From contig CM052816.1 of assembly GCA_028534125.1 (NCBI GenBank), positions 79,920,001-79,984,000 on the forward strand: 64,000 bases of DNA, given 5' to 3'. The notes under the pieces are model-generated. The model was not told where the DNA came from and searched no databases. It saw only the letters and a program-made list of their open reading frames with translations. Source of the stretch: Lama glama. Its lineage: Eukaryota. Positions 50,501-63,883 of the stretch are shown here, one piece after another; position 1 is the stretch's first letter; each line of letters starts with the position of its first letter. The translations under genes and the position numbers were made by a program.

Positions 50501-52749
50501 ACTCAGAGAAGGCACCACAGGCTTAGGCGCGGCCTTCCCGGGCCGGCTGTCCACGTGCCTCCCGCACTGTCCGGCAGGCGGGGCATAGGGAAGGGGGGGA
50601 ACCCCTAAATCAAAACAGAAGTCCAGTTTGGGGGTTTCTTTTTCTCATTTGTACTATGAGAAGAGTTGGCGTGGTGATGGTCAAAGCTTATTTCTTTTTT
50701 TTTTTTAATGTTTATTTTTAAAGGCGTGAAACCTTTTCACAAGCCTCATGTGGAAAAGAGAATAAAGGTGATGTGGACGAAGTAGCAATAATGGTGGTAA
50801 CAAGGAGCCAAACGCAGCGGGCACTCAGCGTGCTGGACGCTCCTAAGGTGCCCGCACACGTCATCTCGCTCGAGCCTCCCAGGCCATCCAAAATGCCAAT
50901 TACTGAGATGCTGTATTGTTACTACACCCAAGGCCTTATCTTCTGACACTGTTCTGCTCCCAAGGCTGTAAAGCATGCACGAAGAGTCTCTGGTCAGACT
51001 GCCAAGCAATTATGTGGGAGGAGAGTTGTTAAAAAGAGACTGATGCTAAAACTCCTTTGCTTCTTTAACTTAAATCCAATCAACAGTTTTAAAAGTAGAA
51101 AATTGTACCAATCTGACCATCCTATAGACTTTGTGGATAAAAAGAATAAAAAGGGTCACTGTAATAATATATTTTGGAAGCCGGTTTTGTTTTTCATTTT
51201 TTTTCCCAGAAACTCTGCAGGGCAGTTAGATTTATTGTGGATTTTTGTGCGAGCTCTCGGTGGGTGTTGGGGTTGAGGTGACTGTATCTTAGCAATGACG
51301 TGGCAATACTTAAGGTAGGGTTACTGAAAAGACAACCTCTGTAGGAGCTGCATCATTTAATTCATCCATTCATCAAATGGTTTGGACTGAGGATGACCTC
51401 TAAAGCATGGTGACTAATGTCCTTGCCCTTTCCTTGCATTCTCGGGAGGGAGAGATGGGAGTAGGTGATACAGCCAACAGGAAGGACATGAGCAATAAAG
51501 ACATCACGTTTATCTTGCTTGTTGTGACAGAAAAAAGCTTGAGAAGCGTTGTTCTAGATAACACAACAGACTTGCCACGCCTTTTTATCCAGGCTGCTTT
51601 TCCTTCTTTTGTTCTTGCATTCTCTTTGCCTGCTTTCAAGAAATCTTGAGAAGTTAGTGCCTCACTCAGAGCGAAGTGAAACAATAAGCCCGAGGACCAG
51701 AGTGCTGACCTCACCGCTAAAAATATCAGGTGAGAGGGAACTGACCGACAGCTCTGAGATGTTCTCAGCTCATGGAATGTCTGGACAATATTCTGGGGCT
51801 AGAGAGCTGTGGATTCCACCAAATTCAATCTGGGCTGAAAAAAACAGACTGCGGCAGTTCCCACTGACCAGCACGGAGAAGCACCCAGGATGTGTCTGCA
51901 GGGTCCCCTCCAGTGTTGCGTCTGGGAGAGCATGGTCATCTCAGCCCACAAGGAAGCGGGCACAGCGCTGGGGTGTCCAGGTCTCACTGCCCAATGCACC
52001 AGGTTGTCAGAAGCTGAGTTAGGGCTCTGATGGTAAACACAAACTCTACCCACATGGTGTTAGATGGCCACAAAAAAGCTGCTTCTTAAGAGCTTTTAGT
52101 GAAGGAAATGATAATGGTAATGTTTTGGTGTGTGTGTTTTTTTTTTAAAGGCAGAATGTAAAATTTATGATATAATGTGATCTCAACTATACAAAAACGT
52201 GTCAGAAAAATCTGGTAGGAAATATAGCGAAACAGTAAAATTGTTTTCTTCTTGGTAGGAGTAGAAGCAGTCTTCGGTATTTCCCAAATTTTCTACAGTT
52301 GAGTGCGTATTAAAGAAACATTTTTTTCTCTTTAACAAAAACACAGTGGGGGGGAGAGACGTTTGGTTACGATGGAAATAACTAGGCTCCTGTCCAATCT
52401 ATTTTTTAACATCAAATGCAGTGAAATAAAACTGTACTACAGCTCCAGTTTATTCATTCTAAGCAAATTCTTTTAGTTTATGATTTTCTTAGAAAAGAAG
52501 CTGTCTACTTAAAAGGATGTACATCTCATCAAGGGGACTTCAGCTAATCACGCTGCTCTATGTATATGCGGTATGGCTTTAAAAGTATTAACAATAAACT
52601 TTAAAAACAAAATAACTGGGTCTCGGGATTAAAGATGACTTTAATTAGCAGCATAAATCAGTGTTTTCCTCAAGGCAGTCATTTAAGGAAACCATTCATT
52701 CTTCTGTTGGTATTCATGTCTCAAAGTATTTTTTTTGGAGCTTTATGTG

Positions 52750-52990
52750 GCACTGCTTGGGAAAATCATCCTGTTACTTCAGTCACTCCCTATTTTTTTT
52801 TCACCAAAAATGGTTTTACCAGTTTGACACCTCATTTACCTGACCTGACTTCAAGTGGTTCTTGGCCTGTCCTAAAAAAAACAAATCTATTCTCAAAGAA
52901 TAAAGATTCCCAAACACTGAGATGATTTTTTTTTAAAAAGTGCCATAGAGTTTTTGAAAACAGTTCTGAAACACAAGTTTTCCAGCCATA
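52750..52990 (+). mobile_element. Degenerate mariner-family transposase fossil (MARNA-like)
   Basis: translation FFTKNGFTSLTPHLPDLTSSGSWPVLKK resembles the mariner HPPYSPDLAPSDFxLFPKLK motif. Confidence 0.5.
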
Positions 52991-53987
52991 TTTCGAGTAA
53001 TAATTGCATTTGTCAATATCTGATTGATCAGTCTGCCCCCAAGATGACTGCTCTAAGGTGCCAGTATTTTGGGGGAAAGGGATAGGAATCCATTAACGGA
53101 CTAACGAGAAGCCTCAAGAAAGCTATGGAGTAGGCTGATTTCACATTCCAGTAAAAACTGACAAAAGCCTATCGGAAGACAAAGATTTTTAAGCACAATA
53201 GAGAAAAGCAATCAGCAGTTGCTGTGGTCTCTCAGTGTGGTCAACAGGGGCAGAATCCCAGGCTGGAGACCCTGCAGTCCCAGGGGTTCCTTCCTGGAGA
53301 ACAAGGTTCACAAAAGATAACACTGCATTTCTGTCTTGATCATCATTTGTTAACACTGGCTTCCGATCAGAATCACCCAGGGAGCTTCACAAAAGAAAAC
53401 AACTGGTTGGAAATCTTCAGACAATAGAATCGGAATTTCTAACGGAAGAGCTTGGATATGTATGTGTGGAGCTGGCGTGTGTGTGTACTGTGTATTTTTT
53501 CCTTTCCCCTCTTTTCCCCCTCCCTTTCTCCCCACCAGTTCCCATGTGATTCAGGTGCACTAAGCGCACCGTAAGGGGTGTGAACCCTGGGAAGCTGGTC
53601 CACGTGAGGATCACGGCTCCTGTCATCTCAGCCAGTTGACAAAATGAGCACCTACACAACTCACTCCATTCATCAATTCATAGCATGACTTGTAAAATCA
53701 AAAATTAGGGAAGATGCGTGATCCACACATATAATCTTAGAAAATAAAATTTTAAATGGGGGATAAGAAGCATCTAGTTTCCAGGTGACTAACCACAGTA
53801 CAAGATGAAAACACCTGGAAAGGCACAAAGGGTGAATCCATGTCAAAGCCTAGTCACTGGAGGAGATGCCATGTTCTTCTTTGGCTTATCTGTAGATTGG
53901 AAATTTTCCACAATGAATACGGATCACCTTTGTGATAGCAACTCCTGTGATGACCCGTTGACTTAAAAAGAGATAAAGACCACCTAC

Positions 53988-54076
53988 CGGCAGTATCTTG
54001 GGCTGTCACATCCACGCCATGTGCGACCATGACCCTGAGGCATTCCACATGTCCTTTCGTAGCAGCAAGATGAAAA
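53988..54076 (-). CDS. RAI14: RAI14 exon 4 (89 nt), ankyrin repeat [29 protein letters not shown]
   Basis: ttttccag acceptor, G|gtaggt donor; ankyrin consensus. Confidence 0.96.
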
Positions 54077-56699
54077 CTGGAAAAGAAGTAACAGAGTCTC
54101 CTTAAGATTTCCACTCTGCACAGTTCACCTCCCACAATGTTTCTGTCTCTTCACATACAGCTTTCTCTCACTTGAGCTCCACAGCCACCTAGTGAGTAGC
54201 CATCATTATCAACCTCATTTTAAAGATGCGAAAACTGAGGCTCAAAGTGGTCTGATGATTTGCTCACTGACACTTTTTATTAAGTAATGAAGCAGGAGCC
54301 AGATCTTTGATCTTCCAAGTTAAAGACCAGGTTTGAGAAAAGTCATATCAAACTCATTGTCCCTTTAGGAAAAGAACATCCAAAGACTCCCAACTAGATT
54401 CGATTCCCAAATAACGAGTAACTTAGCAACTTTTCTGGTGTTGTCTAGTGCTTTCACCAAAGTCGTTATTTTTAAGTAATATGTTCTATAAAGAGAAATT
54501 TGTCAAAGCCAAACAATGGTCAAGGTTCTTGGACAGTATCAAGGTCAAACCCATTGTTGTGTTCTAACTGAATCACAATGGTTATACGCAACTATTGTTA
54601 AGTGACTAATGTGTGCCAAGCACTTTACTACCCACTTTAGTACGTTCTCTTTTCATTCTCATGACAGCCTTTTGGGGCGAGTCCCAGGACTGTCTCCATT
54701 AAATGGCAGGTGTCTACCCTCAGTCAGGTGCAAACAGCAGTAAGGCAAGCCCACAGTTAGGCTCCAGGACTGAAGGACACTTGGGATTACAAACCACGCT
54801 CGGCGTGCTTGGGCTTGCCATTAATAAGGGATAACATTCAAATGCCAAACCTATCATCCCGATAGCACCCAGGGGCGAAGGGCACTCTGCAGGCAGAAGG
54901 AAAGCACAATTCTACTGGCCGTTCAGACTCAAGAGGCTGAGAAGTGAAAACCATAGGAAGATCTCCACTAGGGAGGTCTTCCCTCTTCTGAGTCTCCTTC
55001 CTAGAGACGGAAGTTCATGAGCCTTCTCCTCCTGCCTTGGTTCCGTCTTAGGGCATTATCTTCTCAGGACACTTGCCGTGCAGGACCTCAGTGTTGGTCC
55101 CTGTGAACTAATACCTAGACAGTATTTTTTCACAGGACAGGACCTTTCACTGGGGCCCAGGGTCACCCACACCCAAGCAGCAAATCCAAGAGCTAAAGCC
55201 ATTCAAACCCAAGTCAGCTAGACCCCACACCTCTGCTCCGGAGAACTAGGCTGAGTGAAGGTGGGCAGGTCAGCAAATGAGGATACTTCAGTTCTGGCTG
55301 CAAGTCAGCCATCCATTGGCTGTGTGTCTTTGGGAAGTCAGTTTGACCTCTCTGAGCCTAGATTTCCTCCATGGTAAAGCGTGGGGATTGAATCAGGCAA
55401 TATCCGATGTTCCCTCCAGTGCTAACATTCTACTTTTTTTAGCTTAGCTGGCTCTTGTCCCACCAACTATTTCTGCATTTGTACAGCAATTTGTGTGCAA
55501 TGTTTCTTCACAGTCAAAGTCCACTTGGTAGGTGATTACACATTACGGTGAAACTTCAATCACATAGAATAACTCGGGAATGTGGGGTCTTATAAATGGA
55601 ATCCCCGATCAAATACGGCTTAACCAAAAGAACCACCCTAAAAGACAGTACAATAATACCTCTGTTTTTGGCATCATTGGGATAACTTCATTGTACAGTA
55701 AGTAAAGTTCGTCTTTAAATAGTCAATCGTTGGGTTGTAGTGGAAGATTTCTAAAATTTCCCCAGCCTTAGTTAAGTACGTGTCATGTAATTTAATTGTT
55801 CTTGAGGATGTGAAGTCACCACTAAGAGCCCCAGTGATTGAACTGTGCTTTCAAGGCTATTAACCTAAATCTCCCGGATGACTGAGGGCTAACGTTTATT
55901 AATATCGGTCTTCTTTTCTTCATGTCTATGTGTTTGCTTCCAAGCTGTTCACTCTGCTGCCTCCTGTGACCAGGGGGAACTCAATCAAAACGATCTGAAC
56001 AAGAGGACAGCCACATCCTCTGCTAGAGAGAACAGCACCGGGATGGGAAATCAGCACGCGCACGTGCACATAGCGTATGAGTGTGTACAGAGGACTCTTG
56101 ACTGGTGTTAAACACATATAAAACAGCTACATGTATCGTAATTGTAGAGCCTGCTAAAGCTTCCCAGATGGAACGTGCCCCTTTCACTTTTGTGCTAAAG
56201 AAACACAACACGACCAGAGGCCCCAAAGCCTCCTCCTGTCCTGCTAGCCCCTCAGAAGCTCTCCAGCTGCCCCTTCTGCTTATGGTTCGTAACCCTCCCC
56301 ACGTGATATTTATATGTTTCCTTCTCTGAGGCTTCTCAGATTAACTCTGGAGTGCACACTATATTTACAGAGGACTGAAACTGCAGACTCATGTGACAAT
56401 GAAGCATTCCTATAGGCTACTCCTGCACACTGATAAATCTGGTCTGGTGAACTTGACATGCTAGTCATGAACGACTTGGGAGCTGGAGGATTTCTGGGTC
56501 ATTATTTGGAAGGTCAGTGATCACTACGGGGCAAGAGAAGTGAGGTGTTAGGAAGTTGGACTCAATATCCAGCCCAATCCAGTGAAAGTTTCTTAAACAT
56601 TGCTTTTTAAAATGAAATCCCTCAAATCAACCTATATCAACCCATTTTTGATGGCTATAACACACTTCAATTATGGCCTTGCTGCATGTTTTAACAATT

Positions 56700-56729
56700 T
56701 GTGTGTGTGTGTGTGCGCGCGCACGCATG
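56700..56729. repeat. (TG)n(CG)n alternating purine-pyrimidine tract
   Basis: tgtgtgtgtgtgtgtgcgcgcgcacgcatg. Confidence 0.9.
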
Positions 56730-57367
56730 AGACTTTATTTTGCCGTCTCTCGAGTTTAGATAAGGAAGTGGGAAGTGATTTTTCCTTTATTCTGAGAACT
56801 AACTTTTCTCCTGCAGAGTATTGTATTCTGCTGAGAAGAGAGAAGGAGGGTCTTTTCCCATTTCATAGTTTTATCCTCTTATATTTTACCTAAAACTTCA
56901 GCACTCACTGCTTTTAAAGATAAAATGAACAAGCATAAATACAAGTAATTAGAAACAGCCGATTGTAAGGACAGCTATTCATGCCTGTAATTTTACACTG
57001 CATATCTAATATCCTATTGTTACCTAACAAAATCACTCTTAGTTGATGTGATTCAATTAAACATATTATTATTTCAAGATGTTTTTCAAAGATGATTCAC
57101 GTCCAGGTGTTTGCTACATTCTAAAGTCACATAAAAGTTGCTGTTCTATTGTCTAAGCTATGTGAGCATGAAGATGGGCCAAAAGAGCAGGAAAGAGAAG
57201 ATCTGATCATTTTACCCAGAAGTTTCTCATTCATTTTTCCAGACAGACAAAGAACTCCACTCTGCATCATCATTCTTTCTCTCCAAGTATGCATTTCCAG
57301 GAAACAGGAGCAAAGCCAAGAAAGATGATGTGTCAAGTCTGCTCTCAGGGGATATGATTCACTACGC

Positions 57368-57879
57368 TGTACATCTGTGCATCGTCTGTTTGCCCTGCCA
57401 CCTTGACCTCTGGGTCTGTGGCCCTGGAGGCAGACTGGACAGGCAGACTGGGCTGCATCCATGAGCTGCCTTGTCCTTTGGCTTCTGGTTGGGTTCGACC
57501 AATGGGAGGCACTTACGCGAGATAGGAGAGGAGTATAAAGAGGTCGGGGCATTATCCCCTCCGCTCCCTCCCTGCCGGCCACACGTTGCCCACGGCTGCC
57601 TTCCTCCCTCTGCTTCCGCGGTGAAGTTCACAGCTCTGTGGGCCAGCTCCTCCAGAGCCACAGCTGCCGCTCTTTCTGGGTTTTGGTAACTGATCTCTCT
57701 CCTGGTTTCTTCAGGTGTGGGTGGTGCTGGTGGTGAAATACATTCCCCTTGTTACTAGCCAGGGCTGCTTTCCCAGCCTTGCTGGTTTACTCTGCCCACA
57801 AGTTTGTAAATAGTTCCTTTCTTAAGTGCTCATCAATTATCCTCTTTGAGAGTGCTACCTGCTGGGAACTTGGATGACA
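57368..57879 (+). mobile_element. ERVL solo LTR (LTR33-like)
   Basis: ggcttctggttgggttcgaccaatgggaggcac and tttgtaaatagttccttt...ttgagagtgc...gaca. Confidence 0.7.
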
Positions 57880-57993
57880 TCAGAGTTAGGTATTTTGTGT
57901 GTGATCATCCACAGATGAACTCATAGGTTCCTGTGGATATTGTCTGACTGAATCACCAAAAGGCCAAATTCAGCCTTTAAAAATTTTTTTGAT

Positions 57994-60055
57994 TAGAGAA
58001 GATGGTGGAGGAGGAAGACCCTGAGCTCACCTCCTCCCACAGGCACATGCAAATTACAACTATTTACAGAACAGCTATCAATGAAAGACGAGAAGACTAA
58101 TAGAAAAGATCTTCTACAGCCAAAGATATAAAGATGGAACCACAACGAGACAGGAAGGGCAGAGATCGGTATAGTCAAGACCCACACCCCAGGTGGGCAA
58201 CCCACAAATGGCAGGATAATTACAATTGCAAAGGTTCTCACCAAGGAGTGAGGGGTCCAAGCCCCAGATTGGGTTCCCCAGCTCAGAGGCCCTGCACCAG
58301 GAAGACAAGCCCCCAGAATGTTTGACTTTGAAGGCCAGTGGGGCTTAGTTTCAGGAGAGCCAGAGGGCTGTGGGAAAGACAGATTCCAGTCTTAAAGGGT
58401 ACACACAAAATCCCCCATGCTCTGGGACCCAGGGCAGAAGTAGTCATTTGAAAGAAGCCTGGGTCAGAGACCCACTGCTGATCTTGGGGAGCCCCCTGGA
58501 GAAGCAGGAGGTGATGAGCTTATCCCGGGGACAGACACTGGCCATTTATACCCATATTTATATGGTCAATTAATTACTCTATGAGAAAGGAGGCAATATA
58601 CACTGGGGAAAGACAGACTCTTCAACAAATGGTGCTGGGGAAATTGGACAGCTACAAGCAAAAGAATCAGTCTAGACGACTTGTCCACACCACATACAAA
58701 ATGCAGCTCAAACTGGATTAAACACTTAAATGTAAGACCTGACACTGTAAAACTTCTAGAAGAAAACATAGGCGTGCTCTTTGATGTCCATCTTAGCAAT
58801 ATTTTTTGGATATGTCTCTTCAGGCAAGGGAAACAAAAGCAAAAATAAACAAATGGGACCTCATCAAACTAAAAAAACTTTTGTGGAGCAAAGAGAGCTA
58901 TCAGCAAAACAAAAAGGCCATCTATGGAATGAAAGAAGATATTTGCCAACAATATATCTGACAAGGGGTTAATATTCAAAATATAAAAAGAACTCATACA
59001 ATTCAATTTAAAAAAAAAACCATGAAAAATGGGCAGAGGATCTGAATAGACATTTTTCCAAAGAAGATATACAGGTGGCCAATAAGCACATGAAAAGATG
59101 TTCAACATTACTCATTAGGAAAATGCAAATGAAGCCCACAATGTGATATCACCTCACACCTGTCAGAATGGCTATTATCAAAATGACAACAAACAACAAA
59201 TATTGGCAAGGATGTGGAACAAAGGAAACCCTAGTACGCTGTTGGTGGGAATATAAATTGGTGCAGCCTCTATGTAAAACAGTATGGTGATTCCTCAAAA
59301 AATTAAAAATATAACTACCATTCCTGGGTATTTATCCGAAGAAAATAAAAATACTAATTAGAAAAGATACATGTAGCCTTATGTTCATTGCAGCATTATC
59401 TGTAATAGCCAAGATATGGAAGCATCATCAGTGCCCATCAATAGATGAATGTGATATATATACATAAATATACACACAATGGAATATTACTCAGCCATAA
59501 AAGGATGACTGCTTGCCATTTGCTTCAACATGCACGAACCTACAGGGTATTATGCTAAGTTAAGTCAGAGGGAGACAAATGCTGTATGATTTCACTTATA
59601 TATGAAATCTAAAAAAACAAATGAACAAACAAAACAGGAAGAGAGTTACAGATACAGAGAACAAACAGGGGGTTGCCAGAGGGGAGGGGGTGGAGGAGGA
59701 AAGAAATAGGTGAGGGAGATTGAGGTACAAATTTCCAGTTGTAAAATAAAAGATGAGTTATGGATATGAAATGTACAGTGTAGGGAATATAGTCAATAAC
59801 TATGTAATATCTTTGGTGACATATTGTAACTAGATTTATCATTGTGATCATTTTGGAATGTATACAAATATCAAATCACTATGTTGTATAACAAGAACTA
59901 ACACAGTGTTGTAGGTATAATATACTTCAAAAACAAATGAACAAACAAATTCATAGAAAAAGAGATCAGATGTGTGGTTACCAGAGGCAGGGGGTTCGGG
60001 GGAAGGGGAACTGGATGAAGGCCATTAAAAGGTACAAACTTCCAGTTTAAAAAAA
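57994..60055 (+). mobile_element. L1 with 5'UTR (57994-~58547) joined directly to late ORF2 and 3'UTR
   Basis: aagatggtggaggaggaagaccctgagctcacctcctccc L1 5' start; ctcttcaacaaatggtgctggg late ORF2 from ~58550; duplicated 3'UTR segments. Confidence 0.85.
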
Positions 60056-60289
60056 GTATCAGACAACTAGGTATTTTGACTTCTTAGTTGTTCTATTCCT
60101 ATGATTTTTTTAAAAGTTAATTCAGGCCACGAGTAATAACATTACAAAGAAGTATATTAAAATATTGGCCAAGGGAAAAGAACCATTTAGGAGTAGAGGA
60201 TAAAGAATTAAACACGGTCTTTTTTTAGTTTAAAGGAAAAAAAAAAACCCAACAACAACAACTCAAGGTCACAGATTTTATCTATAAAC

Positions 60290-61260
60290 TCACCCTCTCT
60301 ACCCTTCCCCACCACAGCTGGATTATTTTGAGGCAAACCTCACGTATCATATTTCATCTCTAAATTTTTCTACATGTATATTTAAAGGATAAGCACTTTA
60401 AAAAGTAGAGATAAGAGTGCAATGAAATGCTTTGTATCCAACCATGTCTAACTTCAATATGAACAACCTTGTTTCATCTACAACCTTACCAACCCTTACT
60501 ATTTTGAAGCAAATCTCGTGTCCTATCATTCCATTCATAAATATTTCAATATGTGTTTCTAAAATAAAATCACTCTCTAGAAAAATGTAATAACAATACC
60601 ATTATCACACCTGAAAAATTTTAACAATTCTTCAATAGTGCCAAATATTCAGGCATCGGTATTCATGTTTCCAACTGTTTCATAAATGTCATCACTTTTA
60701 AATAGTTTACGTGAATCAAAATTTCCAAAAGGTCAGTTAATAATGTTCCCTCTTTCTTTTTTGGTGCCTGTAATTTCTTTTCTGAAAAAGCCACGTGTCT
60801 GGGCCTGTAGCATCTTCAGTATCTGTATTTTTCTGTATCTCCCTCCCCACGGTATCTTTTAACATGTTCCTCGTGCCTCTATGTGTCCTGCAAACTTGTA
60901 GTTAGACCTAGAGAGCCTTGGTTTGATACAGGTTCCATTTTTTGGCAGGGCTGCTTCGTAAGTGGCACCGTGTACTTCCACTGGAGACACACAATATCAG
61001 CTGGCTCTCTTTTCAGTGATGTTCACCACCACTGAGCATCACCACTTGGATTCATCCTTCCACCTGGGGTTTGAAAATGGTGACATTCTAATCTATTATT
61101 TCTTTTCTATTCATTGGCTGGAATTCTTCTAGAGGAAAATAAAAAATTCCTTCAATGACAATTTAGTTTTCCTGAAATATAGTTCATACAGGAAAGAGAA
61201 ATATTTGACCTTTTACTTTTGTGCAAATTTTTGTAAGATTGAGTTGGTTCCTTTGCACCC
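60290..61260 (-). mobile_element. Ancient L1 (L1MC/ME-like) fragments
   Basis: ggattattttgaggcaaacc...acaataccattatcacacct...tatagttcatacaggaaag. Confidence 0.6.
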
Positions 61261-62024
61261 TCTAAAGGAGGGAGACCCATGTGAGGGAAGGAGGATTAAT
61301 ACATGTAAGTTAAATATATGTAAATGTATGCATGATACTCAACCAGTTCTATATATTTTTTTTTGCAGACAAATTTAAGCAGTTTCACCACTGTACATCC
61401 CAGTAACAAGCACACATCATATCCACTGCGATAAAAAAAAAGTTTCAACTCTGCTTTCAGTTGGCTTGTCTGCTTAAGATATTTGGGCATTTTGGCTAAA
61501 ATGCTTTCATGGCAGAATGTGTCAAATTCCTTTAATTATACAGAATATGATAAGTGACTTCAAACGAGTTTTCTGATATAGTGTTAGGCCAAGGTAAGAG
61601 CCAGTTGGAAAGGTTTAAGATACACCACTCCAAAGATAAGAAAAACAACTGACAAATAAGAGCCGGCACTCAGTCTCCAATGCCCCATGATGCAAAAAAG
61701 AAATGTGATAATTCCGATTTTAAACAGTGAATTTGGTCTTGAAGAAAATAACAAATACCCCATCCACAACACATATGGGAACACACGGCTGTACACACTA
61801 TAACACACTCAGCTGTTTAAAACTGGGAAAGCCTTTAAAAGCTCTATGGACACATGCTGTGGAATAACACAGGTTCTTCAGTAATAAAGCAGAAGTAAAA
61901 GAAGGTCCAGTAAAATCTTCAGTACCACCGACTATATTCTATATAAATACTGTGAACTACTCTATGCAATATATAAATATACCACCCTATACTGTGTTCT
62001 ACTATTAAAAAAATCTGTAGGCTA

Positions 62025-62729
62025 ACTGTGAAAAACAGTATGGAAGCTTCTCAAAAAACTAAAAATAGAACCACCATATGACCCAGCAATTCCACTCCTT
62101 GGTACCTATCCAAAAAAACAAAAACGAAAATTTAATTAGAAAAGATACAAGCATCCTAATGTTCATAGCAGCATTACTTCCAATTGCTCACATATGGAAG
62201 CAACCCAAGTGTCTATCAACAGATGAATGGATTAAGGAGATGTAGTATATACACTTACAACAGAAACTACTCAGACATAAAAAAGAATGAAATTTTGCCA
62301 TTTGCAGTAACATGGATAAACATTTGGAGGGTATTATCCTAAGTGAAACAAGTCAGAGAAAAATACTGTATGATTATTCCCTCATTTGCGGAATCTAAAA
62401 AACATAACAAACTAGTGAATGTAACAAAAAAGAGCAGACTCACCAACAGAGAACAAATTAATGGTTACCAGCGGGGAGAGGAAAGGGGGATAGGGCAATA
62501 TAAGGGTAGAGGATAAAGAGGTACAAATTATTATGTCTAAAATAAGCCTCAAGGATATATTATACAACATGGGGAATATAGACAATACTTTATAACAACT
62601 ATAAGTGGAATATAACCTTTAAAAATTGTGAATCACTATATTGTACACCTGTAACTTATATAATATTGTACAGCAACTATACTTCAATAAAAAATTAATT
62701 TAAAAATTAGCATAAAGTGGCTAGTGAAC
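62025..62729 (+). mobile_element. 5'-truncated L1 3' end with 15-bp TSD
   Basis: TSD aaaatctgt(a/g)ggcta at 62010-62024 and 62730-62744. Confidence 0.88.
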
Positions 62730-63579
62730 AAAATCTGTGGGCTAGACTTAGAGAAAATATAAAGTAAGAAAATAACCATCAAGACATCCAGTTACTTTGG
62801 TGACTGTTGATCACTCTGATACTCAGAGTATCCTATCTTTTATTTAATAATCTATCATCGCTATAGAATTTTAGTCAGAAAATCATTTTACTGCTTAGGA
62901 CAAAACATCTATTACCTGAGTTTGCTCAACCAGTTACCACATAAAAGAAAACCCAAAGGGTCAGTGTACTGTTTCAGCTTTGCCTTATTTTTAAGAAAGC
63001 TGTATAAAGTGGAAGAAATAAGGCACAAACCGGAAAAGGAGACAACTCCGTCAGCAAGTCCCTAACAAGCCATCTCCTTCCCAGCACAGCGGCACTTTTA
63101 CAGTCAATCTACTGACCTTGCACATGAACTCAACCAACCACCACCGAACAAGCTGGGTCATTTTGTCAGTTCTCCTTCGGCTGCTGGAAGATAAAGGCCC
63201 ATCTTTTCTTTCTCATCCCCTAGCCCTGCGCCTGGAGGAAACTCTTAATCAGGAGTGGAGTAAATTCCATTTAGCAGAAGGGCAAGGTGGGAAAATTAAA
63301 TTGTTATTTTTTGTGTGCGTATTTAATTTGGATATCCAGTCATTTTAAGGCTTTAACATCAGCAAATCTGGTCCTTATTCCAAATTTCCATGATTTTGAA
63401 AAATTAAGCAAAACTCCCAACCTTGCATTTTATTAAAGCTTAGAGGAAGGACAAACACACGTAGTCAGATGAGAAAGTGTAACAAGAAGCGAGATACTGG
63501 GGAGGCAATACATATAATTTTTTAAGGGCTCAGACTAACCGTGTTTGAATCTGCACTTTGCCGCTTACACAACAAAGTA

Positions 63580-63883
63580 CTGAATATAACAAACAAACAA
63601 ACAAAAAGAGCAGACTCACAGAGAACAAAGTAGTGGTTACCAGCAGGGAGAGGGAAGGGGGAAGGGGCAAAACAGGGGTAAGGAATAAAGAAGTGCAAAC
63701 TATTATTAGGTATAAAAAAACTATAAGGATATATTGGACAACATGGGGAATATAGCCAATATTTTATAATCATTTTAAATGGAACATAACCTTTAAAAAT
63801 TTTGAATCACTATATTGTACACCTGTAACTTACATAACATTGTACAGCAATTATACTTCAGTTTAAAAAATTAATTAATTAAA
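63580..63883 (+). mobile_element. L1 3'UTR fragment inserted in a MIR (MIR ~63525-63570 and ~63884-64000)
   Basis: closely similar to 62410-62700; MIR core cctcagtttccacatctgtaaaatggg follows. Confidence 0.8.
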
